Shown piece by piece: positions 33,530 to 47,220 of a DNA stretch of 64,000 nucleotides. Each line of letters begins with the position of its first letter. Position 1 is the stretch's first letter. The stretch is from Veleropilina oligotropha. Lineage: Eukaryota. The notes under the pieces are model-generated. The model was not told the origin of the DNA. It worked only from the letters and a program-made list of their open reading frames with translations, and made no database searches. The position numbers were made by a program, and so were the translations under genes. Where the stretch lies: assembly GCA_048128005.1 (NCBI GenBank), contig JBEUKZ010000060.1, positions 124,001 through 188,000 of the forward strand, given 5' to 3'.

Positions 33530-35930
33530 GGTGACAAGATGCAGTGCGCGTTTTTCCAAGTCTTGATTTTTTGTCTTGCTTAGTTGAGTTTTCCGTACTG
33601 ATGAGCGAACCCAGGTATGTGAAGCTCTATACTTCCTCCAATTATTTACTACAATCCTGTCTGTTTGTGGTATGATGATTTTTCACGTGGGTCTACTTTG
33701 TGTTGATGAATTTAGGCCAACTTTTTGTGCATACTGACTTAATCTAGCAGTCTTCTCATCAGTCAAATCCAGGTCCTCTATTGACGAATTCAAGGTCCAC
33801 TTGATTCCTCTGGCTTGGTCTTTGATTGCGTTTCTCGTCATCCAGTAAATTGCTACAAGGAATACGATTGGGGAGAGTATATGCTGTAGATCCTTGACGA
33901 ACTCCAATGCGAACCACTCTGTTGTATTGTTGTCGAGGTGTTCCGGTATTATACATTCAAACTGCTGTCTACCGATTGAATTGATGGTGTTGACTATCTT
34001 ATTCAGCAGACCATATGAGATGAGTATATTCCACATGCTGTCAAAAGCCTTTCTGTAGTTGATTAAGTTGATATTTCACTCCTGACATTGCTCGATGATG
34101 TAGCGAATGGCAATTATTTGGTCAATACACCCTTTCCCAATGAAATCCTGCATGTTCTTGTCTCAACCCTGTCAATCCTGTTCATCATGATCCTGCAGAA
34201 GTGGCCGCTTCGGTAGCGCAGTGGGTAGAGTGTCCACTCTAAATTCACTGGCTTGTTTCCGCTGACGCGAACAGTAGTGGGATCGACCCCCGGCTGAGGC
34301 AGCACACATTTGTTCAAGTTATGAAGCACAGTTGTCCATGACTGGCCGAAGAGGGCGGGTTTACCCGGCGACCGGGGTTTCCTCCCGCGATAACATGGAC
34401 ATGTCCTGCCTTGAACCTCGATGTTATAAACATACAGGACATTAAGCATAATTCCTCCCCCCCCCCCTCCTGCAGAAGTTCTTGCTGGATACAGACAGGA
34501 GGGTAATACCATGCCAGCTGTTGCAATTTCCCAAGTCTCTTTTCTTTGGTATCTTCACTATTAGTCCTTTGCTCAAGTCTACCGGAACAGTGTCTTGCTC
34601 CTCAAATAGCTTCATAAGTTCCCTTATAGCAGTCGTCAGGCCCGCTTTTAATGCTTTTGCGTCGATCATATCAGTGCCAAGTGATTTTCCTGATTTCATC
34701 GCTAGTACTAATATCGCTCAGCCTCTGTTGTATTATGACATTTTCAGTAGTGTCCTTGACAGGTGAAACCTGAACATAATAGTTCCAAAAGCTCTTGGTC
34801 AGCTTGTATAAAGTGCTGATTTCCCCACTTTGTGCTGCATCCTCTGCCTGTCTGACTTGTCCATCCAGGAAGTTCCGTTTGTCCCTTCTGGCACTGCCCT
34901 TCACTTCTCTATCGTTTACTCTGTCTGATATTGTACTTAAAAGTTTCTCCTTGCTCATCCTGCGACACTCAATTGTTCGCCAGGTGTTGTTGGAAAGCCT
35001 TCCTTTTTAGCTCGCCTGTTCGAAAACATAAAGCTATTGTCGTCAGCAGCTCGTTTCTTTTCCTAAAGCGAAGTGCAATTCTAGCAGGTGTGGTTGCATA
35101 CATTCTTGATGTTGTTCCATCTTTCCTCTAGATCATTCTCCACCATGTCCAGATCAGTCATGCCACTGAATCTGTTCCTACGTCCCAGGACAAATCGGAC
35201 TTTCCCCTCTGGAGATTTCAGTCTGCATACATCAAGCTTTCTCATGACAGTATCCTGGCTGGAGTACTTGTTCAGCTTCAGTCTGTCAGTTTGGTTGTGG
35301 CCACAACAATTAAGGTGGTGGTCACTGGTTACATATGCTCCTTTGAAACCCTCGTGTCAAGAAGAGATCTTCTCCATTTGTCGTTGATCATGATATCGTC
35401 AATCTGATTGATGTCCCCCCCCCATTCAGTGACATCCAATTTGTGTATCGCCTTGTGTGAAAAGAGGGTCCTCCCTATTGCAAAGTTGTTGTTTCTGCAG
35501 AAGTCTGACAGCCATTGCCCATTGCTGTTTATAACGCTACATCAAAACTGCCCCATGACTCTATCCCTGTTGGTGTTATCTGATCCGATCTTGGCATTGA
35601 TGTCTCCACTGACCAGAAGCATATCATGCAGTGGCACCTTTGAAACTGTTGCATATGTTACTGAGGTTCTAAAGTTTTCGTCTTCTGACTCGTTGGTTGG
35701 TGCGCAGCACTGAATGACAGTCAATTTGCAGAAGCTGGAGTTGAAACTTGCCCTGATAAGTCTCTCGTTGATTGGCACCCATTCACTAAGTGATTTGGCC
35801 TTTCCTAACTATCAGTGCTACCCATTCAGCATGATAGTCATCATTCCTTTCTGAATAGTGAATCCGATTGGCTACCGGTACAGGATATTACGTTAACCAA
35901 TGTGGAATCGTCGATTCATTCAATCCTATA
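33530..35930 (-). pseudogene. Degenerate RTE-type LINE (APE endonuclease and RT fragments)
   Basis: Fragments CAPTNESED, GDINAKIG, IVKIPKKRDL..CNSWHGITLLS and GVRQG...LSPIVF, broken by many stops and frameshifts. Confidence 0.85.
34203..34467 (+). mobile_element. tRNA-derived SINE, family A copy, full length, inserted in the LINE
   Basis: Starts ggccgcttcggtagcgcagtgggtagag; TSD tcctgcagaagt. Confidence 0.9.
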
Positions 35931-38900
35931 TATGGCTGTGTTGTCAGTATTATCGTGGCCTATCCAGGGGGAGTGGGGTTGAGAACGAACACCCACTTTT
36001 GTGACAAAAATGAAAAAATTAATAGGTACATTTATTTTTGCTAATTGTTGCTATGTCTAGTGTTGAAAATTGTTATTTGCACTGTCAGAATCAGGGGAGG
36101 CGGAGCCGTGGGTGGGGTGGGGTGACTCAGAGGGATTTATTTCGCAATTTATTAAAAATAACCTTGTACAATTTGGTGTAATGGTTCATAAATGTTGCAA
36201 AGAAATATCGCGATTGCACTGTCAGAATTCAGGAGGAGAGGTTTCACACCGTTAATTGTCAAAAGTTTCATCCGCGAGGGGCCCACGCAGCCCTCCATTT
36301 TCAAAAAGGCTCCACCACCCCTGAGAAGGCAGGAAAGGCAGTTTCACATAGACAATTATCAAAATTTCCACTGTGTAGGTCCCGCCCCCATGAGAATAGT
36401 TGAAATAATTCATTGCTACAACCAATTTATAAAATATTTACTCGTACAATTTTGGTGAAAATGTTTCATAAATGTTGCAAAGAAATATCGCGTTTGCACT
36501 GTCAGAATGCAGAAGAAGTTGTTTCACATTGTTAATTGTCAAAATCTTTCTCCGCATGGGACCCACCTCTCACGCAAATAGTCGTCAATATATTTTGTAG
36601 ACATCAGCTCTCCACTTTCAAAATGCTCCGCCGCCCCTGAGAATGCAGGAGAGGCAGTTTCACAACAGCAAATATCAACATTTTCCACCACTCCGCACGA
36701 ATAGTTGAAAAAATTCATTGCTACAACCAGGTGTTCAAACTCCCTTTTGAGTAGAATCCAAATGTGTCATTAAATATGATTGAAATGGCAGAACGACGAA
36801 GATCAAATAAATATCAAAATTTTCAATTACATTTAGCGCCCCCTCTAAACAGAAATCCTGGATTCACCCTGGCTCATGACAACATATGATGGATATATGT
36901 ATATTGTGACCTGGCACTCTTGTTAATATTTTTCATTTATTTTCATAAAAATACTTATAATATTCATTAATTATCATTATGAATGGTTTCATGCAAAAGA
37001 TGATGTTGAATGTTCAAACAGCAATTTATGCTTTTGAAAGTTGATTAAAATTGGGGTATGATTGAAATCTATACCTATTTAAGTGAAAACATCTGTTGAT
37101 GGCTAACGTCTGTTTCTAATCATTCATGCCGGAAAGACAAACTTGTCATTTTGCACATGCACAATAGAATTCCGCATAAAATGTGTTGTTGGGGGTAATA
37201 TGGACCAACATGTAGACATCCTTTCTAATTCTTCAGTGGAGTGATGTCATGCACCACCGTCAAGCATCATATGGTACACAAGGGCTCAGATCCATGTTTA
37301 TATGACTTTCACAGCTTCATGTGATATACCTGTTTACGGGACATTTACGACCAGTGAAATAGTCAAATGTGTATTTGGGTCATAGCTATATATTTGTATA
37401 TATTATTATTATTTATTATAATATATATATATCATAGGACATTTTATTTCAATGACCTAGGTTATTTTTCAAAGGTTCGACCTAATTACCCATTTTCCTT
37501 GTCCAGAGTTTTAATATTAGGTTGAATACCGTATATATTATTATATCAATTTACAATATATTCTAGTAGCATAGATAGGATTTGCAAGCACACCCTCCTC
37601 ATTTCAACATAAGTATCTTTTTTAGCATCAGAATCATTAATTTTAATTTGCTGTATTCAAGTTATTATTTACCTCCAATTTAAAATGCCTACATTTCATC
37701 CAAGTATTCTTATACTGAGCTCTATCTTAAGCCAGCTCTTGTTATACCCCCACAAACCAAGTTTAGGGGGCGCACATAGGAGTCAGATTGTCTGTCGGTC
37801 GTTCTGTTGCAAATTCCCTTCCGCTCCATATCTCCGATACTATTTCGCATAGGGACACAAAACTTGATGTGTGCATGCGTCATAACCCAAAGGTGTGTCA
37901 CGTACCCAACGTAGGTCACACTTTTCGGACTTGACCGCATTTGTAGGTCACTGTGACCTACTTTTCATGCTTGACTGCACTTGATCCAAAATTTCCTTCC
38001 ACTCCATATCTCCCATTCTATTTGACTGAGTGACATCAAATTTGATGTGTGTATGCGTCATAAAGCAAAGGTGTGTCGCGTATCGAAAGTAGGTCACACT
38101 TTTCGGACTTGACCGCATTTTATCCAAAATTTCCTTCCACTCCATATCTCCCATACTAGGCCGCTTTGACAGTACAGTGGTACGGTTGAGGATTCCGAAA
38201 ATCACTGACTTGATTCCGCTGACGCTAATAGTAGAGGGTTCGACCCCCAGCTCCCAGTGGGCACACGACGTCTTTATTACGTCTTTTAGACGTCTTATAT
38301 TGACGTCTCATTTACGTCTTATTTTAGTTGTATATGCAAAACCATAAGACGTCTTTTATACGACGTCTTAAAGACGTCCTATATACGACGTCCTATATGC
38401 GACGTCGTATAAAAGACGTCTTTTGGTTTTGCATATACGCCCAAAATAAGACGTCATTAAGACGTCGTATAAAAGACGTCTTTTAGACATCACATAAAAG
38501 ACGTCTTTTAGACGTCGAATTAAAGACGTCTTTCAGACGTCGTATAAAAGACGTCTTTTGATTTTGCATATACGCCCAAAATAAGACGTCATTAAGACGT
38601 CGTATAAAAGACGTCTTTTAGACATCACATAAAAGACGTCTTTTAGACGTCGAATTAATGACGTCGTTTAGACGTCGTATAAAATACGTCTTTTTGTTTT
38701 GCATATACGGCCAAAATAAGACGTCTTGTAGACGTCGTGTAAAAGACGTCATTTAGACGTCAAATTAAATACGTCTTATAGACGTCGAATTAAAGACGTC
38801 TTATAGACGTCCGAATTAAAGACGTCTTATAGACGTCCGAATTAAAGACGTCTTTTAGGCGTCCTATAAAAGACGCCTTTTTGTTTTGCATATTCCACCA

Positions 38901-40564
38901 AAATAAGACGTTTGTTAGACGTCGTATAAAGACGTCTTTCGGACTTCGAAATAAAGTTAGACTTTGTTGTCTTCTCATAAAAGACGTCCTATAAAAGACG
39001 TCTTTTGTTTATGCATATATGACCAAAATAAGACATCGGATACATGATGTCAGTAAGATGTTGTGCACAACACGTAATAGAAGACCTAAATAGACGCCTT
39101 TCATCAGTCTAAAATCGATGCATCGGAAAGCGCATATGTTGCTCGGTTTACTGCGTATGTAAGACTACCTGAGTTAGAATCACGTTGTCGCTCTGGTATA
39201 TTGTGTGATATCGAATGTCGACGTGAAATCTCTGGCTTGACTTCTGTCACAAACAGGTGTGTGTTTGAGTCTCGGTTGGGGCAATAGCATTCTTTTTTAA
39301 GTTACCATCATTGTTGTTCGTAGCTGACCGGGGAAGGAAGGTTTCTTCGAGCGACCGGGCTTTACTCTGTCGATAATATGGGCATGTCCTTAACGAAACC
39401 TGTATGTTGTAATATACAGGTTATTAAGCATCGATCCAATCGGTCCAATCATCGGGTATTTCGGAAATCTTTCTTTATGTGTCAGTCTCATCACTCAAGC
39501 ATGATTGATCAGATTTATGCCGGGTAACTTAAACATCATCAGAGTCCTGTTTTATGAGCAAGGGTGATTCAGGACTAGCTTACTGTTGTTCCAAGACTAA
39601 AATGAGAGGATAGCGAGGATAACCAGTTTTGCCTTACGTTACGCATGTATCTTAGCAAGAACTAGCCGAGCCTGCTGTCCTAAAATACAATCAACGTTTT
39701 AGTCCGTGAGCAACAGTAATATATAATATAAACCAGTCCTGGACCCACGCCTTGCTCATACAAGCGGACACAGAACATCATTTTGGGACAAAACCAACTG
39801 AAAACAATAAAAGAAACAGAGTTCAAAACCGATCAATCTTTTGTATTTACGCCATATATATATATACATTTTAAATCGAGATGACTTTAGTCGGTGACTA
39901 TGCCTGCTCGCCGCTGATACGCATACTTTAAGTATTTTCCGATCCTCTCTCGAGCCGCCGACACTGTTGTGAAATGAGCTGCCACAACACTTTCTGAAAA
40001 TATACAATAAATATGCATGCAAAATAAAAACAACTGATGAAAAATGAGTGCTTAATTAACAAGAACAACAGTACTCCAAAGCTAGATATCGCGGAAAATT
40101 TGTGTTTGTCGTTTGTATGCGTTCGTCGCCTATTGATTAAAAAACTTAGACCAGATTTACTTTGTCTGACATTTGACATCTTATAAAATACCACAACACT
40201 GTTGCACAAGATGGATACTTTATATGTCAGTTGATTAGAGTTTTTTCTTTTACTTTTGATCTAGAAAGCCGGACGGTCAACTTCACTAATGGCATTGGAA
40301 CAACCTAAATACTGTTTTAATTTTGTTCCTTAACATTTTAAGCAGTTGAATATTTTAAGCGGTAGAACAAGCCGCCGGCTGGCCTCATACCCAGACCCTC
40401 CTGGCTGTCTCGGATGAGTGTCTGGACCACTATCCACTCAGAAGCAGTTAACTCCTCTTGGAAACAGGGCAACAAAACATCTGCAACAACATTCGTCTGT
40501 CCACCTCTTTCTATAGAGAGTGAATAAATAATTGAGAAATGCTTTCTTATGACTTTTCAAATAC

Positions 40565-42921
40565 CTTCCATAGCTGAACATACGGCAGTTCTGCCAAATG
40601 CCAGCTTTTTATCTATGCCCTTCATATTGAACTCGATTTGGACGGTAGGACTCATTGTTCGGAAATAAATGTTTATGAGCTCATTTACTTTGAAAGAAGT
40701 GCTATTAAAAATAACATATTTTTTATAGCATTTTTTTATAACATTTTTCCTGATCAAAAGCCATACATATCATTATCAAACACATAATATGCGTTTATGA
40801 ACGTACAAAGCAAATAGATGACGTACACCAAAGCTGGATAAGTTGCGTGAGACTGAAGGAATAGAATTTCAGCTAATTATTAAAATATAATTACTGTACA
40901 TACCTTGTCATTACATTCCGCACCATGTCTTTGACATCATGCCCTCCTATCCGTCTATAGTAGGCAACCTGCAAAAATAATGCCGAAAATATTATTATTA
41001 TACAGATGTACTGGAATAAGCATATATTATCATGTGTCTGATGTTCACCAATGAAGATATTGACGAAAATATAATCAATCGGACAATGATTCAGGAATAA
41101 TGGTCATCAATTAAGTATGCCATTTTGTAGACACCAGGCAAATATAATTAACTTGTCATTTACCTAATCCTGATCTTCATTTTGTATTAATCGTACACAA
41201 ATGTACAGTGTATATGAGCGATATAATTGCAGTCACAAACTCCTGTATTTGTCAATATTTTTGTCTAGATTCAAAATTTGTAATTCCTTGACCTAATGGC
41301 AAAATGATAACGTCAATATTTCCAATTTGCCATTCTTTAATGTTGGCTATATAAGGGAACGGGGGGGGGGGGGGGGGGGGGGCGGGTTGAATATAGTGTT
41401 CGTATATTCCGTACCAAATTTGCTCGGAACTGTACTTGCGACAGTTTTTCTTCTAATTCCAAAAATTCGTCGATGGTTCTCGTGGCATCCACCTTGGGTT
41501 TGATGCAATAATGATTTCATAGCGTCCTTTATTTCCACCAGCTGATGGAGAACACGTTTTTGGAATCCTTAGCAAACAGGCCGCTTCGGTAGCGCAGTGG
41601 GTAGAGTGTCCACTCTAAATTCACTGGCTTGTTTCCGCTGACGCGAACAGTAGTGGGATCGACCCCCGGCTGAGGCAGCACACATTTGTTCAAGTTATGA
41701 AGCACAGTTGTCCGTGACTGGCCGAAGAGGGCGGGTTTACCCGGCGACCGGGGTTTCCTCCCGCGATAACACGGACATGTCCTGCCTTGAACCTCGATGT
41801 TATAAATATACAGGACATTAAGCATAATTCCTCCTCCTTAGCAAACAGAAATTGGTTAAAAAAGTTATTATGAGCATTTTTACATTTAAATAAATGCTCC
41901 ACAATCATGAATGGTAAATTTTGGGAAATTGGGTCATACTATATGTTATGTGCTATATTCACGGGCGTCATGCTCTGCCGATATATTAGATCGATGCGGT
42001 TTAGCGTCGCCCATTGCTGAAAGAAAACTAATCGCGGTACAGTCCTCGATAGCTCAACTGGTTACATCGTCGGAAAAGCGTGGGACGGTAAGATGTGGGT
42101 TCAAGCTCCCAATCCAGCGTGGCTAATTCTAACGCTGAAAACTAATAGAAGGTATATCCCTATGCATGTCGATCAGATCGGAGTGAGACTTTAAACCGGG
42201 TGTCCCGACTATCATACAGCTGAAAAAGTGCTAAATGTTGCCAACCAACCAACTACTAGTAATCGAGGTCTGCTGATTTGCAAATAGAAAAGCTCAAAAT
42301 AATCGTGGAAAGATATAGAAAGCAAGTCATATCGATTATGAAAGATGACTGAATATAGGTACGAAATTCAAAACCTACTTGCATCCGACATTGGAAACTC
42401 TCCCACTACTGGGCTGTTCACTGACGAACGTTTCGACATCTGGAACTTCTTCACTGACGTTTTGATTCTGTTCGACGTGACGGATGAATTGGATCCTTTT
42501 CCGGTTGATTTTAATCCATTTCCGGTTGATTTGAGTGTATTGTCGTATCGTATCTTCTTCGACAACAGTGCACCAGCCGTTGGTGATCTGCCCTGTAAAC
42601 CCACTGGTGTGGCCACGTCAGTCAACTTGCTGCAAGACGTCCATGCATTACCCCGCTTTGACATGCTTCCCATCTTCGACTGGCTTCTACCATTTATAGC
42701 AGGTATGGTGCTTTTCAGGCGTTTGGGTGTTTGCCCAGAACCAGGGGAGTCGGACTCGGATTCTGACAAGGAATATCCAAGCTCAGATTCGGATTCAGAG
42801 GATTCATGAGAATTAGACTCCGGTTCTGATTCAGGGCATCCAGCATCCGGCTCTGGTCTATGCTGTAGACAGATCGTTTCAGAGTGTTTGAACTTTTTGG
42901 GTGCTGGTTGTAGATCTGGCT
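40565..42921 (-). pseudogene. Spliced transposon accessory-gene relic, possibly DUF4806-like
   Basis: Exons 42921-42379, 41567-41415, 40968-40904 and ~40659-40565 with consistent phases: ...FPMSDA|RFQKRVLHQLVEIK...EFLELEEKL...NL|VAYYRRIGGHDVKDMVRNVMT|RTMSPTVQIEFNMKGIDKKLAFGRT. One internal frameshift and one damaged acceptor. Confidence 0.65.
41579..41834 (+). mobile_element. tRNA-derived SINE, family A copy, full length
   Basis: TSD tccttagcaaaca at 41566-41578 and 41835-41847. Confidence 0.9.
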
Positions 42922-45900
42922 CTGAAGGGAAATAGAGATAAAATTTAGTTGTTACAGATTACTGATATTTACATCCTTGAACGTGCTCAAATTCATCAAA
43001 GGCCTTGAAAGTCCTTAAAAATGCTTGAATTTGTGTGGAAAGTGCTTGAAAATGGATTCTTGCTAAAAACCCTATAAATGTTTTGAGGTTATGTAGCACC
43101 CCATTTCCCACTAAGTAATACATATTTGTTCCTTGTTACTATAATATACATGCAATTCATTACTGGTCAGTTAATGATGGTTTCAATTATCCAAACTGTA
43201 AGAAGTTCAAGGGGTAATCAAGATATGTATCTGCTGACTAACAGCAGTGCTAAGCGGCTGTATGAGGTAATCTTGTGATAACATTATCTGTATTTGGATT
43301 AAATGTGACGCTTCTGATCTCATAAGTTAGAATAACAACCCACTTGTCAGAGACACAACTTGTAAGTTGTATGGTCTTGAAATCACACTATTATAGTGAT
43401 CTTTGATTTGTAATAATTATTAAAAATTTCAATATTTTTGTACTAACTATGGATAACAGATTTAACAAAATTGAAACATGCAATATCAAAATCGAAGCAA
43501 ACAAGCTGTAGCAAGCGGGCAAGCAATTATTGTCTTTGTCGAGTTTGTTTACCAACGTTATACTGTTTTCGTCAACTTGACGGTTGGTTTCCCGAGCGAC
43601 GGGGCTTTCCACCCTCGATACTTATGGACACGCCATGCCTTGTTTGAACATTATGATGGTAAATGTTACAGGATATTAAGCATCAATCCATCCACATAGG
43701 TTGGTTAAATAATACTTTCCGGTGTGCGTTGAAAAATGTGGTGGTAATTACATTTATTCTGCATGTGTCATGTACGGGAATAATATCGCCTAAAATCATC
43801 ATTTTCGTGTGTTCAGATCTAAAATCTTCATACTTCGATTGTTTTGAACATGAGCCTTAGATGTTCTTTAATTTTATTGTACATCTGTGTAGGCCTAATC
43901 ATTAAGTACCATAATGAGTTATCAGCACGCAAAACATTGTTGTGATGGCACAGCACATCTGGTGAAATTCTTCACGGAAAGAATTGAGAGTCTCCGCGGT
44001 TCGGTGCCTTGGGATCTCTCTCGTGACTAATTTAGCTTTGAGGAAAGTCGTTCGTTAGTAAATTGCTAAGGAGCAAAGTAAAATGGCGAAATATTTTAGG
44101 TAATTATCAACACATAGTTTCAACCCAGACGTGAAGCGGACTGAAGCTAGTCTCGGGCTTAAAAATAATGTTCAAAGACAGTTAATCGGATTACGAAGAA
44201 ATATTATAATATCGAAGCAAGACCCTCAAGTAGTATATATCACTGGTAGATCAGTGTAGTCATATTTAATAATTTATTCATTTTATTATAATTTAATCTC
44301 TAAATATGGTACATGTTTATACACATGACCACCGAAACGTATTACTTAACGATGCAGAAATATTCCCTGACTTTCATTAAGCTCTCATATATATTATGTG
44401 AAGTATATATATTTTATGCGGCGCCATAAATATTATATATATTATTTCATAATTTCATGATCATGATCAAACACTGTAAAATATTTAAACGTATTTGTGT
44501 GTGGTTGGACCGTTCATCGGTTGTCAGGTTAGAACATACGAACGACTTGGAATCAACTACTCTTCGTACACTTCTATATAGTTCAACGGGTAAACATGAT
44601 ATATATAAAGCTAAGCATTTGTGTTTCAAGATATAAACAATTTCAGAGTGTGCTACATAATATTTACAACGAGTTACTTACCTTATTATTACTGTGGAGT
44701 GGCTTCTGAATCAACAAATAATAGCTAACTGAATTCGAACAAATTTTCAAATTTCCCGGTCAAACGTTGTCCACTCTAAAGCTGGAATAAAATGGCGAGC
44801 TGTTCAGGCTGCATGCAGCGTAAATCTCAGAATGGTTCGCTTTATCAGCATGAAAAGCAATGTTGTGGTGGCACAGAACAGCTGGCCGATTCTTCACAGA
44901 ATGGTAGTCTTCGCGGTTGGGTGCATTAGGGATCACCCTCGTGACTAATTTAGTTTAGGGAAGGTCGTTAGTAAAGTGCTGAGGACCCAAAGAAAGATAG
45001 CAACAGATGTTAGTTAATTATCAACTTATATTTTTAACCGGTGTCACGAACTATAAAAATAGCGAAAGATGTTAGCTAATTGTCAACTTATATTTTTAAC
45101 CGGTGTCACGAACTATGCGTACACGTTTTACTATTACTCAAAGATTTTGCGCTGATATCCCCAAAGTAATGTCAACTTGTAAAATACCTGACACGCTTCA
45201 AAAATAGATTGAAAATGGTGTTTATTTGTATTTAATCCCTGTGTTATGGATGCATTTATGTGGATTTGTACTTTATGTAGATAAATATAAAAGCCCATGT
45301 CTTGTAAATTAATCAAAAGTATACATTTTTATAATTCTAGACATGCTAGAATAAAATAAAACACACTGAGATAACATACTTAAATTATAAAATATATTGG
45401 CTGAAATGCACCAAATCTCATACATTTTCGTGAGAATCAGTCATATATAATTATATATATATCGCATATAATTATATATATATCGCATATAATTATATAT
45501 ATATATAACTATCGCGACCAGTAGATGTAGATAAGATGTATTACAGAATAACATTCATTTGCGTTATTTCGATGAATTTGTTCTTATAAATAAATGAGAC
45601 CAGCAATTCAGACAAAGGCTAAAATGGTTTATAACGTTCATATAATTATTTTATATAAACTTTATTAGTTATGTTTCGTCAAACTGACAACACCTGTACG
45701 GTATAATCTGGTATACGGTATATAGTATACACGGGGGCGTGAGGCGGACAGAACTTGAAATGACGAAGAGCTGGAATCAGGCGTAAAATCTCACGAAAGT
45801 AACCGAATATTATAATTTGCGAAATGTTGACCGATACCATATCTTTAGTCGTTAACTATGTGATGTCACTAACATGTGCCAATCGACGAGTAGCTTTCTT

Positions 45901-46099
45901 GTGAAGATAGTTGTGTTAAATCCATTTAACTCGCAGTACGTAGTGATTACGCTGGTTCGAAGGCGTGACTTCAATCAATTCGTTTAAACATATTTTATTT
46001 GTAGAAATAATCATGATATAAATACAAAACAAATATATATACTACAATTGGATAGCAGGCTACTGCCTAATTGAATCCTGTCAAACCGTGATTACAAAT

Positions 46100-47220
46100 A
46101 GCACGTGTGGTTGAATGGACCAAATCTACACTTAATTAATATGCCGAAATAGGTGGTTATTTGTATATATTTGGGTATACATGTATTGTAATGTATTTGC
46201 GTTGTTTTCGTGGTGTTTAGTGATGATTTTATGTGAAATCCGCAAATTATCGGACAATGAATACGGATGTTACGGAAATCTTATGTCAGTCGCGTGTGTG
46301 GTTGAATGGACCAAATCTATATTTAACATGCCGAAATAAGTAGTTATTTGTGAAAATTTAGGCATAATATGTAATACTAATATGTATTTGTTTCGTGGTG
46401 TTTAGTTGTGACTATATGTGAAATCCGCAAATTAATTATCGGACAATACGCAAGTTACGGAAATCTGATCATGTGTCGATCGGTCGCCTAAATATTCACA
46501 AATAGCTACTTATTTCGGCATGTTAAATATATAATTGGTCCATTCAAGAACTCACGCGACCGACATTATAGATTTCGGTAACTTGCGGATTGTACGATAT
46601 TTTGCGCATTTCGTATAAAATCACAACAAAACACCATGAAAGGAACGCAAATTTATACTTTGCGTATTAATGTAACTAAATATTCACAAATAACTACTTA
46701 TTTGGCATATTAAATATAGATTTGCCCTATTAAAATCATACCCGGCAGACATTGGATGTCCGTAACATAAATTACGTTACTGAAAAATATTTTGCGCATT
46801 TTTCGTATATAAAGTCACCACTAAACACTAAGAAAACAACGCAAATACATTGCATGTACCTAAATATTCACAAATAGCTTCTTATTTCGGCATATGAAAT
46901 ATAGATTTGATCCATTCAACCACACACGCGACTGCCATCAGATTATCGTAACTTGCGTATTGTCCAATTATTTGCGGATTTCACATAAAATCACCAGTAA
47001 ACACAACGAAAGCAACGCAAATACGTCAAATATTTACAAATAACCACTTATATGTGTAGATTTGGTCCATTCAACAACACACGCGGCCGACATCAGATTT
47101 CCGTAAAATTGAGTATTGTTCGATAATTTGCGGATTTCACATAAAATCACCACTAAACATTATCAAATCAACACCAATATGTTACATGATATGCTCAAAT
47201 AACTACTTATTTCACCATAT
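46100..47220. repeat. Degenerate ~185-bp units: about 2 forward, then about 4 inverted
   Basis: gtgtggttgaatggaccaaatcta at ~46106 and ~46296; reverse-complement copies from ~46500 to 47200. Confidence 0.7.

Noticed and set aside
42040..42125. tRNA gene; similar heads at 34203, 41579 and ~54431
   Set aside because: A- and B-box-like sequences are present but no convincing cloverleaf; these look like SINE heads.
42345..42809. 154-aa plus-strand ORF
   Set aside because: Antisense to the better-supported minus-strand exon, which has splice sites.
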